A stretch of 61,906 nt of DNA, filler included, from Nemertoderma westbladi (Eukaryota; Animalia; Xenacoelomorpha), in assembly GCA_032718475.1 (NCBI GenBank). It is 3 parts of 3 records of this genome, joined end to end, with 100 filler letters (N's around TTAATTAATTAA, not from the genome) between each part and the next. Parts side by side here need not be neighbours in the genome. Positions count along the whole stretch, not along the records: positions 1 to 31,576 come from JAUCBJ010000443.1; 2 more parts are not named here. One strand, written 5' to 3'. Shown piece after piece: positions 12,601-25,300 of the stretch. The first letter of the stretch is position 1; the number at the start of each line of letters is the position of its first letter. Below the pieces are notes generated by a model, which was given only the letters and a program-made list of their open reading frames with translations, made no database searches and was not told the DNA's origin. Both the position numbers and the translations under genes were made by a program.

Positions 12601-15600
12601 AAGAAGTGGTCCTAAGTATAAAGTGGCCTTGAATATGCGGCTGTTATAGCGAAGCACGAGGGTGATATGAGTTGTTGCGGCGTGATTTTGGATTTTGTGG
12701 CATATATGTATGTATAAATATGTATCGTGGTTTGTTATGGGCATGGGAGCGCTATTTATTTTTGGTCTTTATTGAACAGTAAAGGCGTCTCACATTCATA
12801 ATGACTCGGCCTGGTTGTGAATACAAGACAAGTTGTACTGTAGTGCTTATTTTTATTTATATTTACAACGCCCTTGAAATTGTAACTTATTATCCATCAG
12901 AAATGACGCGAATTGCTCTGAAGATCAGAAACTATCTGCTACATCTCTCGTAAACTCATTCATTGGTCGCTTCTTTCTGCCCTATAAACCGCGGTTCCAA
13001 TACATTGACATTTGGTTCATATTACGGAAATTGGCCATTGCTGCGTTCGTGACATTGATTCCAGTGCAGAGTCCATGGCAAGCGATATCCACGTGTTTCA
13101 CGTTGCTTATAGCTCTATGCTTACAGATGCGTTACCTTCCCATGAAAAAAATTGGTAAACAGTTTCATAACCTGGAAAATTGGATGGAAGGTTAGTTCAA
13201 TAAATAAATAGGTCTTTATGGTAATCTATAATGTATTAATAATAATGTTATCGTGTGTAATAACATTATAGAGTTAAGTATTGTTCATGATTTTTTAAAC
13301 TAACAAACATTCTTGCACTGAAAACAAAAATAATAAAAGAAACGATTATTATTCGATAATAAAAAGAACATGAGTGGAAAAGATTGTTTCCCGTTACGTT
13401 TCTATGTCTAACATATTGTTCTATTGGAAAAAGTATCACCAGCGTTATCACTGTATCCTTTGATTTCCTAGACAGAAGCTCCCTCCCGGTCCTACGAATT
13501 ACCATAAAGCACCCCAAAATCTGTATTATGATTGTACAGTATGTAATGTACGTGCTACTGTGCTAGTGTACTACAGTACTACCTGTCTTACTGTTTACAA
13601 ACACCATTCATACGGTCTAAGTACCGGTAACTCCTTTCTACAAATTGTAGGCTACATACATCCTGTCAGCCTCTCTGTACCTGTAAGACAGGGGTCGAAA
13701 TTCCGTACCGGTCCCGGTATTATAAACAATTTAGTTTCATTTTCTTAATGTGTGAGCAAGTGACCTGTATGTTGAAAAATTAGTTAAAAAAAGGCAAATT
13801 TGTGAAACAATGTTAGATTAATTCCCTCATTTTTAACGATATTAGTAAGAAAAAGGGTATTTTTCAAATAAAAATATAGTAACATTTACTATTTATTAAT
13901 GCGATAGTAACAATTTTTGTTAGATACTGTATTTTCTTATGCTGGTCTGTGTGTCATTGTGTAGTGTATTTTCGAACCGGTTATAATAATGTATCCACGA
14001 TTTTTTGTGTTGTTACTGCTGTATTATTACTCCCTTTCTAGGTGTGATGTTATCTGTGTTGATGTTGACTAAAGTTGCCGTCAGTTATATACAGGTTAAA
14101 GACGATCGAAATAACGAAGACAGAGTTTTTCAAAAAAACTTATTTCTTGTTTTCGTTTTTGCTAATCTATTCGTGTTGCTAGGATTTCTAGGCGTTTTAG
14201 TGTTTCGGTGGGTTAATTACAGTATATTATACTTTTAACCAACTACTTCTATTGGAAACTAGCTCTTAAAGTTCGTAATATTAAAATTTTAATTACAGTA
14301 GGTTTCACTTTAAAATAATTTTACAGTATATTGACGCCTAACTTCCATGAAAGTTGGGATTGAACTGGTGACTTCTACCTTCTATTGAGTTTCTTTAGAT
14401 CCCAGATGAATTTGGATCCCGGATGGGACTATAGATCATCACTGTAGATAGGACTAGTAGATTACAGCAGTATCGCCCCAAACCCTTACCAAAAAACTAA
14501 ACCTAACCCACCGCTTTCCCATTGTGTGGACCGCCTACCGGTAGCCGAAACCGGACCAGTAATTTTTGACGCGATCTAATTCTCATCGGGATTTAAAGTA
14601 CACGAGATAAAGTACACGAGATAAAGTACACGAGATAAAGTACACGAGATAAAGTACACGAGATAAAGTACACGAGATAAAGTACACGAGATAAAGTACA
14701 CGAGATAAAGTACACGAGATAAAGTACACGAGATAAAGTACACGAGATAAAGTACACGAGATAAAGTACACGAGATAAAGTACACGAGATAAAGTACACG
14801 AGATAAAGTACACGAGATAAAGTACACGAGATAAAGTACACGAGATAAAGTACACGAGATAAAGTACACGAGATAAAGTACACGAGATAAAGTACACGAG
14901 ATAAAGTACACGCTTTGGGATCTTGGAGTCTTGGTTTTAAGTTTATCCGCCCTAAAGTGGGGCCAGAGTGAGATGTAAAGTACCTCGGAATTTAAAGACC
15001 TGAGATCGCTCAGATAAATGGTAAACCTGGTAATACTACCTGATATCTTATGTCCTCTATTTACGCCTACATGGCATGGCCTTCCATCTGTCAATAACAA
15101 AAATATATACTGTAGCAACTGCGCTTAACCATAATGCACTTGGCCGTCTTATCTATCCACTCTCTTCAATGAAAGGGTATGGTAGGCCTGCGCCTATAGT
15201 GTAACGATGAACCATCACGACCAGTACTGTATGACTAATTATTCATTTATAAGACGCTCTTGTGTTTTCGGTGAAATTTCATAAGATATAACGTGAACAC
15301 ACGAACATACGTTTAAACGTATACTTCGGCTTTACATAGAAACTTTATGATTAGAATATTAGAAACTCATACTTCAGGATTAGAATCGGAGAATATCAAT
15401 GCAGATCTTTTGTATTTCTACAGAATTTGGGAAAATCGAAAAGATTCTAAAGAAATCGTTGTTCAGAAAGAAAGTGATACAGACGATGAAGATAAATGCC
15501 AAGAAGATAATGAGAAACCTTGTGCTGTTAAAGAGGAAGAAGATAACTCGTGTCCTGTGTATGTTAACTACGATGTTGGGAGGAACAATTGCGAAATAAT

Positions 15601-15622
15601 TATTAATGAATCTCCCGCTTAA
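6691..15622 (+). CDS. Five-exon receptor-like membrane protein (~1073 aa): signal peptide, plant-type LRR N-cap and LRRs, Cys-rich region, ~11 TM segments
   Basis: Exons 6691-6970, 9431-11633, 12901-13190, 14042-14207 and 15340-15622. All introns are GT-AG with compatible phases (1,2,1,2). The total of 3222 nt is an uninterrupted frame. Motifs: CDWHGIHC cap, LxLxxNxLxGxLP repeats, C..C....C...GYW...GRFCSNC stalk, F..PY...Y...W..LRK in the TM region. Confidence 0.9.
7221..7468 (-). mobile_element. 5'-truncated RTE LINE 3' fragment with (TAG)n tail, in intron 1
   Basis: Reverse-complement match to 45695-45937, including the HNLVLWQPHGVNKHGG peptide and the tagtag tail. Confidence 0.9.
8650..8929 (+). 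mobile_element. RTE LINE 3' fragment, divergent variant with longer 3' UTR and (TAG)n tail
   Basis: Homologous to the RTE 3' end and to 58490-58760 (reverse); ends tagtagtagtag. Confidence 0.8.
11670..11965 (+). mobile_element. Second copy of the HINE/DINE-1-like element, in intron 2
   Basis: 11783-11960 aligns by eye with 1290-1475; the 5' boundary is approximate. Confidence 0.6.
14595..14912. repeat. Perfect 14-bp tandem repeat (AAAGTACACGAGAT), ~22.7 copies, in intron 4
   Basis: Directly visible; it produces the 14-aa periodic ORFs on the minus strand. Confidence 0.98.
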
Positions 15623-16386
15623 GTGAATGTATGTATATACGTTCACCATAGTTGTGCGTAGCCTACTATTATATATGCGTCTACTTCAGCAAACTACGTG
15701 GATTTTATAATTCTGGGCAATATAAATATATAATAGCTTTCCAAAGTCGGCACACGAAGAAACCTGAAAGTTTGCGGTCATTATTTTCAGAATAAAGGTA
15801 TTTATTATATATATTACTATCAATATATATATAAGTTACTATCAATACTCCAAGGGCAGGGACTTCTCATTTTAGGCTGCACCCCTTTTGGAGTTGTACC
15901 CATTCCTTTGTAACATCGGCGATGACACTGCTTCAATGTTCAAACATTTTACAGTAACCGACCGCTATACCTCATTATGACCATATTTGGTACAGTTATC
16001 CCACCCATACCTTAGGTAGGCCTACAATAATACCTGGAAGTCAAGTCAGTATCCATTTTTTAATCGCTCCGCACTGCAACGGCTGTATATGTATGTAAGT
16101 ACTGTACATGGAAAAGGCCGTTAAGGTTTGACGAAAATGAAGAAGTATTATGGTGAACGTGTACGTCCCGCTTTCTGCTGGACAGTGATGCTTTGGAGTG
16201 CCTGTCTCCTACAAAAACCAGGCGGTACGCCACATTATCCCGTTTTGGATGAAATCCTTGCAGCTTTTGCAGGAAAAATATTTCTAAAAATACTCCAACC
16301 CTAAACTAAACTTAAAACATTTCTTAAGGTGAGAAAATGTTGTCCAGTTCACTGAAAATGTTATGAGCATTTTAAGTTCAGTATTG

Positions 16387-19300
16387 GTAGCAGGCTACTG
16401 ACTGGCTGAAATCAAAAGTAAAGCCTTGTGTATCCACATAGTAGGACTGACTGGCTGAAATCGAAAGTAAAGCCTCGTGTATCCACATAGTAGGACTGAC
16501 TGGCTGAAATCGAAAGTAAAGCCTCGTGTATCCACATAGTAGGCTATTGTCTGGCTGAAATCGAAAGTAAAGCCTAGTGTATCCACATAGTAGGACTGAC
16601 TGGCTGAAATCGAAAGTAAAGCCTCGTGTATCCACATAGTAGGCTACTGTCTGGCTGAAATCGAAAGTAAAGCCTAGTGTATCCACATAGTAGGCTACTG
16701 ACTGGCTGTAATCGAAAGTAAAGTCTAGTGTATCCTCATAATAGGCTACTGACTGGCTGTAATCTAAAGTAAAGCCTAGTGTATCCACATAGTAGGCTAC
16801 TGACTGGCTGAAATCGAAAGTAAAGCCTCGTGTATCCACATAGTAGGCTACTGTCTGGCTGAAATCGAAAGTAAAGCCTAGTGTATCCACATAGTAGGCT
16901 ACTGACTGGCTGTAATCGAAAGTAAAGACTAGTGTATCCACATAGTAGGACTGACTGGCTGAAATCGAAAGTAAAGCCTCGTGTATCCACATAGTAGGCT
17001 ACTGTCTGGCTGAAATCGAAAGGAAAGCCTAGTGTATCCACATAGTAGGCTACTGACTGGCTGAAATCGAAAGTAAAGCCTCGTGTATCCACATAGTAGG
17101 CTACTGTCTGGCTGAAATCGAAAGTAAAGCCTAGTGTATCCACATAGTAGGCTACTGACTGGCTGAAATCGAAAGTAAAGCCTAGTGTATCCACATAGTA
17201 GGACTGACAGGCTGAAATCGAAAATAAAGCCTCGTGTATCCAGATAGTAGGCTACTGTCTGGCTGAAATCGTAAGTAAAGCCTAGTGTATCCACATAGTA
17301 GGCTACTGACTGGCTGTAATCGAAAGTAAAGCCTAGTGTATCCACATAGTAGGACTGACTGGCTGAAATCGAAAGTAAAGCCTCGTGTATCCACATAGTA
17401 CGCTACTGACTGGCTGAAATCGAAAGGAAAGCCTAGTGTATCCACATAGTAGGCTACTGACTGGCTGAAATCGAAAGTAAAGCCTCGTGTATCCACATAG
17501 TAGGCTACTGTCTGGCTGAAATCGAAAGTAAAGCCTAGTGTATCCACATAGTAGGCTACTGACTGGCTGAAATCGAAAGTAAAGCCTAGTGTATCCACAT
17601 AGTAGGACTGACAGGCTGAAATCGAAAGTAAAGCCTCGTGTATCCAGATAGTAGGCTACTGTCTGGCTGAAATCGTAAGTAAAGCCTAGTGTATCCACAT
17701 AGTAGGCTACTGACTGGCTGAAATCGAAAGTAAAGCCTCGTGTATCCACATAGTAGTGTGCTACTGACTGGCTGTAATCGAAAGTAAAGACTAGTGTATC
17801 CACATAGTAGGCTACTGACTGGCTGTAATCAAAAGTAAAGCCTAGTGTATCCACATAGTAGGCTACTGACAGGCTGAAATCGAAAGTAAAGCCTCGTGTA
17901 TCCAGATAGTAGGCTACTGTCTGGCTGAAATCGTAAGTAAAGCCTAGTGTATCCACATAGTAGGCTACTGACTGGCTGAAATCGAAAGTAAAGCCTCGTG
18001 TATCCACATAGTAGTGTGCTACTGACTGGCTGTAATCGAAAGTAAAGACTAGTGTATCCACATAGTAGGCTACTGACTGGCTGTAATCGAAAGTAAAGAC
18101 TAGTGTATCCACATAGTAAGCTACTGACTAGCTGCAATCGAATGTAAAGCCTAGTGTATCTATATAGTAGGCTACCGACTGGCTGTAATCGAAAGTAAAG
18201 CCTAGTGTATCGCACATAGTGTGCTACTGATTGGTTGTAATCGAAAGTATAGCCTAGTGTATCCACATAGTAGTGTGCTACTGACTGGCTGAAATCGAAA
18301 GTAAAGCCTAGTGTATCCTCATAGTAGGCTACTGACTGGCTGAAATCGAAAGTAAAGCCTTATTGTGTATCCACATAGTAGGACTGACTGGCTGAAATCG
18401 AAAGTAAAGCCTAGTGTATCCACATAGTAGGCTACTGACTGGCTGAAATCGAAAGTAAAGCCTTATTGTGTATCCACATAGTAGGACTGACTGGCTGAAA
18501 TCGAAAGTAAAGCCTAGTGTATCCACATAGTGTGCTACTGACTGGCTGAAATCGAAAGTAAAGCCTAGTGTATCCTCATAGTAGGCTACTGACTGGCTGA
18601 AATCGAATGTAAAGCCTAGTATATCCACATAGTAAGCTACTGACTATGGCTGAAATCGAAAGTAAAGACTAGTGTATCCACATAGTAGGCTACTGACTGG
18701 CTGAAATCGAAAGTAAAGCCTTATTGTGTATCCACATAGTAGGACTGACTGGCTGAAATCGAAAGTTAAGCCTAGTGTATCCACATAGTGTGCTACTGAC
18801 TGGCTGAAATCGAAAGTAAAGCCTAGTGTATCCTCATAGTAGGCTACTGACTGGCTGAAATCGAATGTAAAGCCTAGTATATCCACATAGTAAGCTACTG
18901 ACTGGCTGAAATCGAAAGTAAAGCCTAGTATATCCACATAGTAAGCTACTGACTGGCTGAAATCGAAAGTAAAGACTAGTGTATCCACTTAGTAGGCTAC
19001 TGACTGGCTGAAATCGAATGTAAAGCCTAGTATATCCACATAGTAAGCTACTGACTGGCTGAAATCGAAAGTAAAGACTAGTGTATCCACATAGTAGGCT
19101 ACTGACTGGCTGTAATCAAAAGTAAAGCCTAGTGTATCCACATAGTAGGCTACTGACTGGCTGTAATCGAAAGTAAAGCATAGTGTATCCTCATAGTAGG
19201 CTACTGACTGGCTGAAATCGAAAGCAAAACCTAGTGTATCCACATAGTGTGCTACTGACTGGCTGTAATCGAAAGTAAAGCCTAGTGTATCCACATAGTA

Positions 19301-22300
19301 GGCTACTGACTGGCTGTAATCAAAAGTAAAGCCTAGTGTATCCACATAGTAGGCTACTGACTGGCTGTAATCGAAAGTAAAGCCTAGTGTATCCATATAG
19401 TAGGCTACTGACTGGCTGTAATCAAAAGTAAAGCCTAGTGTATCCACATAGTAGGCTACTGACTGGCTGTAATCGAAAGTAAAGCATAGTGTATCTTCAT
19501 AGTAGGCTCCTGACTGGCTGAAATCGAAAGCAAAACCTAGTGTATCCACATAGTGTGCTACTGACTAGCTGCCATCGAATGTAAAGCCTAGTGTATCCAC
19601 ATAGTAGGCTCCTGACTGGCTGAAATCGAAAGCAAAACCTAGTGTATCCACATAGTGTGCTACTGACTAGCTGCAATCGAATGTAAAGCCTAGTGTATCC
19701 ATATAGTAGGCTACCGACTGGCTGTAATCGAAAGTAAAGCCTTGTGTATCGCACATAGTAGGCTACTGTCTGGCTAAAATAGAAAGTAAAGCCTAGTGTA
19801 TCCACATAGTGTGCTACAGACTGGCTGAAATCGAAAGTAAAGCCTAGTGTATCCACATAGTAGTGTGCTACTGACTGGCTGAAATCGAAAGTAGAGCCTA
19901 GTGTATCCTCATAGTAGGCTACTGACTGGCTGAAATCGAAAGTAAAGCCTTATTGTGTATCCACATAGTAGGACTGACTGGCTGAAATCGAAAGTAAAGC
20001 CTAGTGTATCCACATAGTGTGCTACAGACTGGCTGAAATCGAAAGTAAAGCCTAGTGTATCCACATAGTAGTGTGCTACTGACTGGCTGAAATCGAAAGT
20101 AGAGCCTAGTGTATCCTCATAGTAGGCTACTGACTGGCTGAAATCGAAAGTAAAGCCTTATTGTGTATCCACATAGTAGGACTGACTGGTTGTAATCGAA
20201 AGTATAGCCTAGTGTATCCACATAGTAGTGTGCTACTGACTGGCTGAAATCTAAAGTAGAGCCTAGTGTATCCTCATAGTAGGCTACTGACTGGCTGAAA
20301 TCGAAAGTAAAGCCTTATTGTGTATCCACATAGTAGGACTGACTGGCTGAAATCGAAAGTAAAGCCTAGTGTATCCACATAGTATGCTACTGACTGACTG
20401 GCTGTAATCGAATGTAAAGCCTAGTATATCCACATAGTAAGCTACTGACTGGCTGAAATCGAAAGTAAAGCCTAGTGTATCCTCATAGTAGGCTACTGAA
20501 TGGCTGAAATCGAAAGTAAAGCCTTATTGTGTATCCACATAGTAGGACTGACTGGCTGAAATCGAAAGTAAAGCCTCATGTATCCACATAGTAGGCTACT
20601 GACTGGCTGTAATCGAAAGTAAAGCCTAGTGTATCCTCATAGTAGGCTACTGAATGGCTGAAATCGAAAGTAAAGCCTTATTGTGTATCCACATAGTAGG
20701 CTACTGACTGGCTGTAATCTAAAGTAAAGCCTAGTGTATCCACATAGTAGGCTACTGACTGGCTGTAATCGAAAGTAAAGCCTAGTGTATCCACATAGTA
20801 GGCTACTGACTGGCTGAAATCGAAAGTAAAGCCTCGTGTATCCACATAGTACGCTACTGACTGGTGAAATTGAAAGTAAAGCCTAGTGTATCCACATAGT
20901 AGGCTACTGACTGGCTGAAATCGAAAGTAAAGCCTTATTGTGTATCCACATAGTAGGACTGACTGGCTGAAATCGAAAGTAAAGCCTCATGTATCCACAT
21001 AGTAGGCTACTGACTGGCTGTAATCGAAAGTAAAGCCTAGTGTATCCACATAGTATGCTACTGACTGACTGGCTGTAATCGAATGTAAAGCCTAGTATAT
21101 CCACATAGTAAGCTACTGACTGGCTGAAATCGAAAGTAAAGCCTAGTGTATCCTCATAGTAGGCTACTGAATGGCTGAAATCGAAAGTAAAGCCTTATTG
21201 TGTATCCACATAGTAGGCTACTGACTGGCTGTAATCTAAAGTAAAGCCTAGTGTATCCACATAGTAGGCTACTGACTGGCTGTAATCGAAAGTAAAGCCT
21301 AGTGTATCCACATAGTAGGCTACTGACTGGCTGAAATCGAAAGTAAAGCCTCGTGTATCCACATAGTACGCTACTGACTGGTGAAATTGAAAGTAAAGCC
21401 TAGTGTATCCACATAGTAGGCTACTGACTGGCTGAAATCGAAAGTAAAGCCTAGTGTATCCTCATAGTAGGCTACTGACTGGCTGTAATCGAAAGTAAAG
21501 CCTAGTGTATCCTCATAGTAGGCTACTGACAGGCTGTAATCGAAAGTAAAGCCTAGTGTATCCACATAGTAGGCTACTGACTGGCTGAAATCGAAAGTAA
21601 ATCCTCGTGTATCCACATAGTACGCTACTGACTGGTGAAATTGAAAGTAAAGCCTAGTGTATCCACATAGTAGGCTACTGACTGGCTGAAATCGAAAGTA
21701 AAGCCTAGTGTATCCTCATAGTAGGCTACTGAATGGCTGAAATCGAAAGTAAAGCTTTATTGTGTATCCACATAGTAGGACTGACTGGCTGTAATCTAAA
21801 GTAAAGCCTAGTGTATCCACATAGTAGGCTACTGACTGGCTGTAATCGAAAGTAAAGCCTAGTGTATCCACATAGTAGGCTACTGACTGGCTGAAATCGA
21901 AAGTAAAGCCTCGTGTATCCACATAGTACGCTACTGACTGGTGAAATTGAAAGTAAAGCCTAGTGTATCCACATAGTAGGCTACTGACTGGCTGAAATCG
22001 AAAGTAAAGCCTAGTGTATCCTCATAGTAGGCTACTGAATTCCTGAAATCGAAAGTAAAGCTTTATTGTGTATCCACATAGTAGGACTGACTGGCTGAAA
22101 TCGAAAGTAAAGCCTCATGTATCCACATAGTAGGCTACTGACTGGCTGTAATCGAAATTAAAGCCTAGTGTATCCACATAGTACGCTACTGGCTGGTGAA
22201 ATTGAAAGTAAAGCCTAGTGTATCCACATAGTAGGCTACTGACTGGCTGAAATCGAAAGTAAAGCCTAGTGTATCCTCATAGTAGGCTACTGAATGGCTG

Positions 22301-25300
22301 AAATCGAAAGTAAAGCCTTATTGTGTATCCACATAGTAGGACTGATTGGCTGAAATCGAAAGTAAAGCCTCATGTATCCACATAGTAGGCTACTGACTGG
22401 CTGTAATCGAAAGTAAAGCCTAGTGTATCCTCATAGTAGGCTACTGAATGGCTGAAATCGAAAGTAAAGCCTTATTGTGTATCCACATAGTAGGTTACTG
22501 ACTGGCTGTAATCGAAAGTAAAGCCTAGTGTGTCCACATAGTAGGCTACTGACTGGCTGTAATCGAAAGTAAAGCCTAGTGTATCCACATAGTAGGGTAC
22601 TGACTGGCTGTAATCGAAAGTAAAGCATAGTGTATCCTCATAGTCATAGTAGGCTCCTGACTGGCTGAAATCGAAAGCAAAACCTAGTGTATCCACATAG
22701 TGTGCTACTGACTGGCTGCAATCGAAAGTAAAGCCTAGTGTATCCACATAGTGTGCTACTGACTGGCTGTAATCGAAAGTAAAGCCTAGTGTATCGCACA
22801 TAGTAGGCTACTGATTGGCTGTAATCGAAAGTAAAGTACAGTGTATCCACATAGTATGCTACTGATTGGCTGTAATCGAAAGTAAAGCCTAGTGTATCCA
22901 CATAGTAGTGTGCTACTGACTGGCTGTAATCGAAAGTAAAGCCTAGTGTATCCACATAGTGTGCTACTGATTGGCTGTAATCGAAAGTAAAGTACAGTGT
23001 ATCCACATAGTATGCTACTGATTGGCTGTAATCGAAAGTAAAGCCTAGTTTATCCACATAGTAGGCTACTGACAGGCTGTAATCGAAAGTAAAACCTAGT
23101 GTATCCTCATAGTAGGCTACTGACTGGCTGAAATCTAAAGTAAAGCCTTATTGTGTATCCACATAGTGTGCTACTGACTGGCTGAAATCGAAAGTAAAGC
23201 CTAGTGTATCCACATAGTGTGCTACTGACTGGCTGAAATCGAAAGTAAAGCCTAGTGTATCCTCATAGTAGGCTACTGACTGGCTGAAATCGAAAGTAAA
23301 GCCTTATTGTGTATCCACATAGTAGGACTGACTGGCTGAAATCGAAAGTAAAGCCTAGTGTATCCACATAGTACGCTACTGACTGGCTAAATCATAAGTA
23401 AAGCCTAGTGTATCCTCATAGTAGGCTACTGACTGGCTAAAATCATAAGTAAAGCCTAGTGTATCCTCATAGTAGGCTACTGACAGGCTGTAATCGAATG
23501 TAAAGCCTTAGTATATCCACATAGTAGGCTACTGACTGGCTGAAATCGAAAGTAAAGCCTAGTGTATCCACATAGTGTGCTACTGACTGGCTGAAATCGA
23601 AAGTAAAGCCTAGTGTATCCTCATAGTAGGCTACTGACTGGCTGAAATCGAAAGTAAAGCCTTATTGTGTATCCACATAGTAGGACTGACTGGCTGAAAT
23701 CGAAAGTAAAGCCTAGTGTATCCACATAGTAGGCTACTGACTGGCTAAAATCATAAGTAAAGCCTAGTGTATCCTCATAGTAGGCTACTGACTGGCTGTA
23801 ATCGAAATTAAAGCCTAGTGTATCCACATAGTAGGCTACTGACTGGCAGAAATCGAAAGTAAAGCCTAGTGGAGTGTATCCTCATAGTAGGCTACTGACT
23901 GGCTGTAATCACAAGTAAAGCCTAGTGTATCTTCATAGTGTGCAACTGACTGGCTGAAATCGAAAGTAAAGCCTAGTGTATCCACATAGTAGGCTACTGA
24001 CTGGGTGAAATCGAAAGTAAAGCCTAGTGTATCCTCATAGTAGGCTACTGACTGGCTGAAATCGAAAGTAAAGCCTTATTGTGTATCCACATAGTAGGAC
24101 TGACTGGCTGAAATCGAAAGTAAAGCCTAGTGTATCCACATATTATGCTACTGACTGGCTGTAATCGAATGTAAAGCCTAATATATCCACATAGTAGGCT
24201 ACTGACTGGCTGAAATCGAAAGTAAAGCCTAGTTTATCCTCATAGTAGGCTACTGACTGGCTAAAATAGAAAGTAAAGACTAGTGTATCCACATAGTAGG
24301 CTACTGACTGGCTGTAATCGAAAGTAAAGCCTAGTGTATCCTCATAGTAGGCTACTGACAGGCTGTAATCGAAAGTAAAGCCTTAGTACATATATCCACA
24401 CAGTAGGCTACTGACTGGCTGAAATCGAAAGTAAAGCCTAGTGTATCCACATAGTGTGCTACTGACTGGCTGAAATCGAAAGTAAAGCCTAGTGTATCCT
24501 CATAGTAGGCTACTGACTGGCTGAAATCGAAAGTAAAGCCTTATTGTGTATCCACATAGTAGGACTGACTGGCTGAAATCGAAAGTAAAGCCTAGTGTAT
24601 CCACATAGTAGGCTACTGACTGGCTAAAATCATAAGTAAAGCCTAGTGTATCCTCATAGTAGGCTACTGACTGGCTGTAATCGAAATTAAAGCCTAGTGT
24701 ATCCACATAGTAGGCTACTGACTGGCAGAAATCGAAAGTAAAGCCTAGTGTATCCTCATAGTAGGCTACTGACTGGCTGTAATCACAAGTAAAGCCTAGT
24801 GTATCTTCATAGTGTGCAACTGACTGGCTGAAATCGAAAGTAAAGCCTAGTGTATCCACATAGTAGGCTACTGACTGGCTGAAATCGAAAGTAAAGCCTA
24901 GTGTATCCTCATACAGTAGTAGGCTACTGACTGGCTGAAATCGAAAGTAAAGCCTTATTGTGTATCCACATAGTAGGACTGACTGGCTGAAATCGAAAGT
25001 AAAGCCTAGTGTATCCACATATTATGCTACTGACTGGCTGTAATCGAATGTAAAGCCTAATATATCCACATATAGTAGGCTACTGACTGGCTGAAATCGA
25101 AAGTAAAGCCTAGTTTATCCTCATAGTAGGCTACTGACTGGCTAAAATAGAAAGTAAAGACTAGTGTATCCACATAGTAGGCTACTGACTGGCTGTAATC
25201 GAAAGTAAAGCCTTGTGTATCCTCATAGTAGGCTACTGACTGGCTGTAATCGAAAGTAAATCCTAGTGTATCCACACAGTAGGCTACTGACTGGCTGAAA

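Noticed and set aside
14576-15118. ORFs with VYFISCTLSRVLYL repeats
   Set aside because: Translation artefact of a 14-bp tandem repeat inside an intron.
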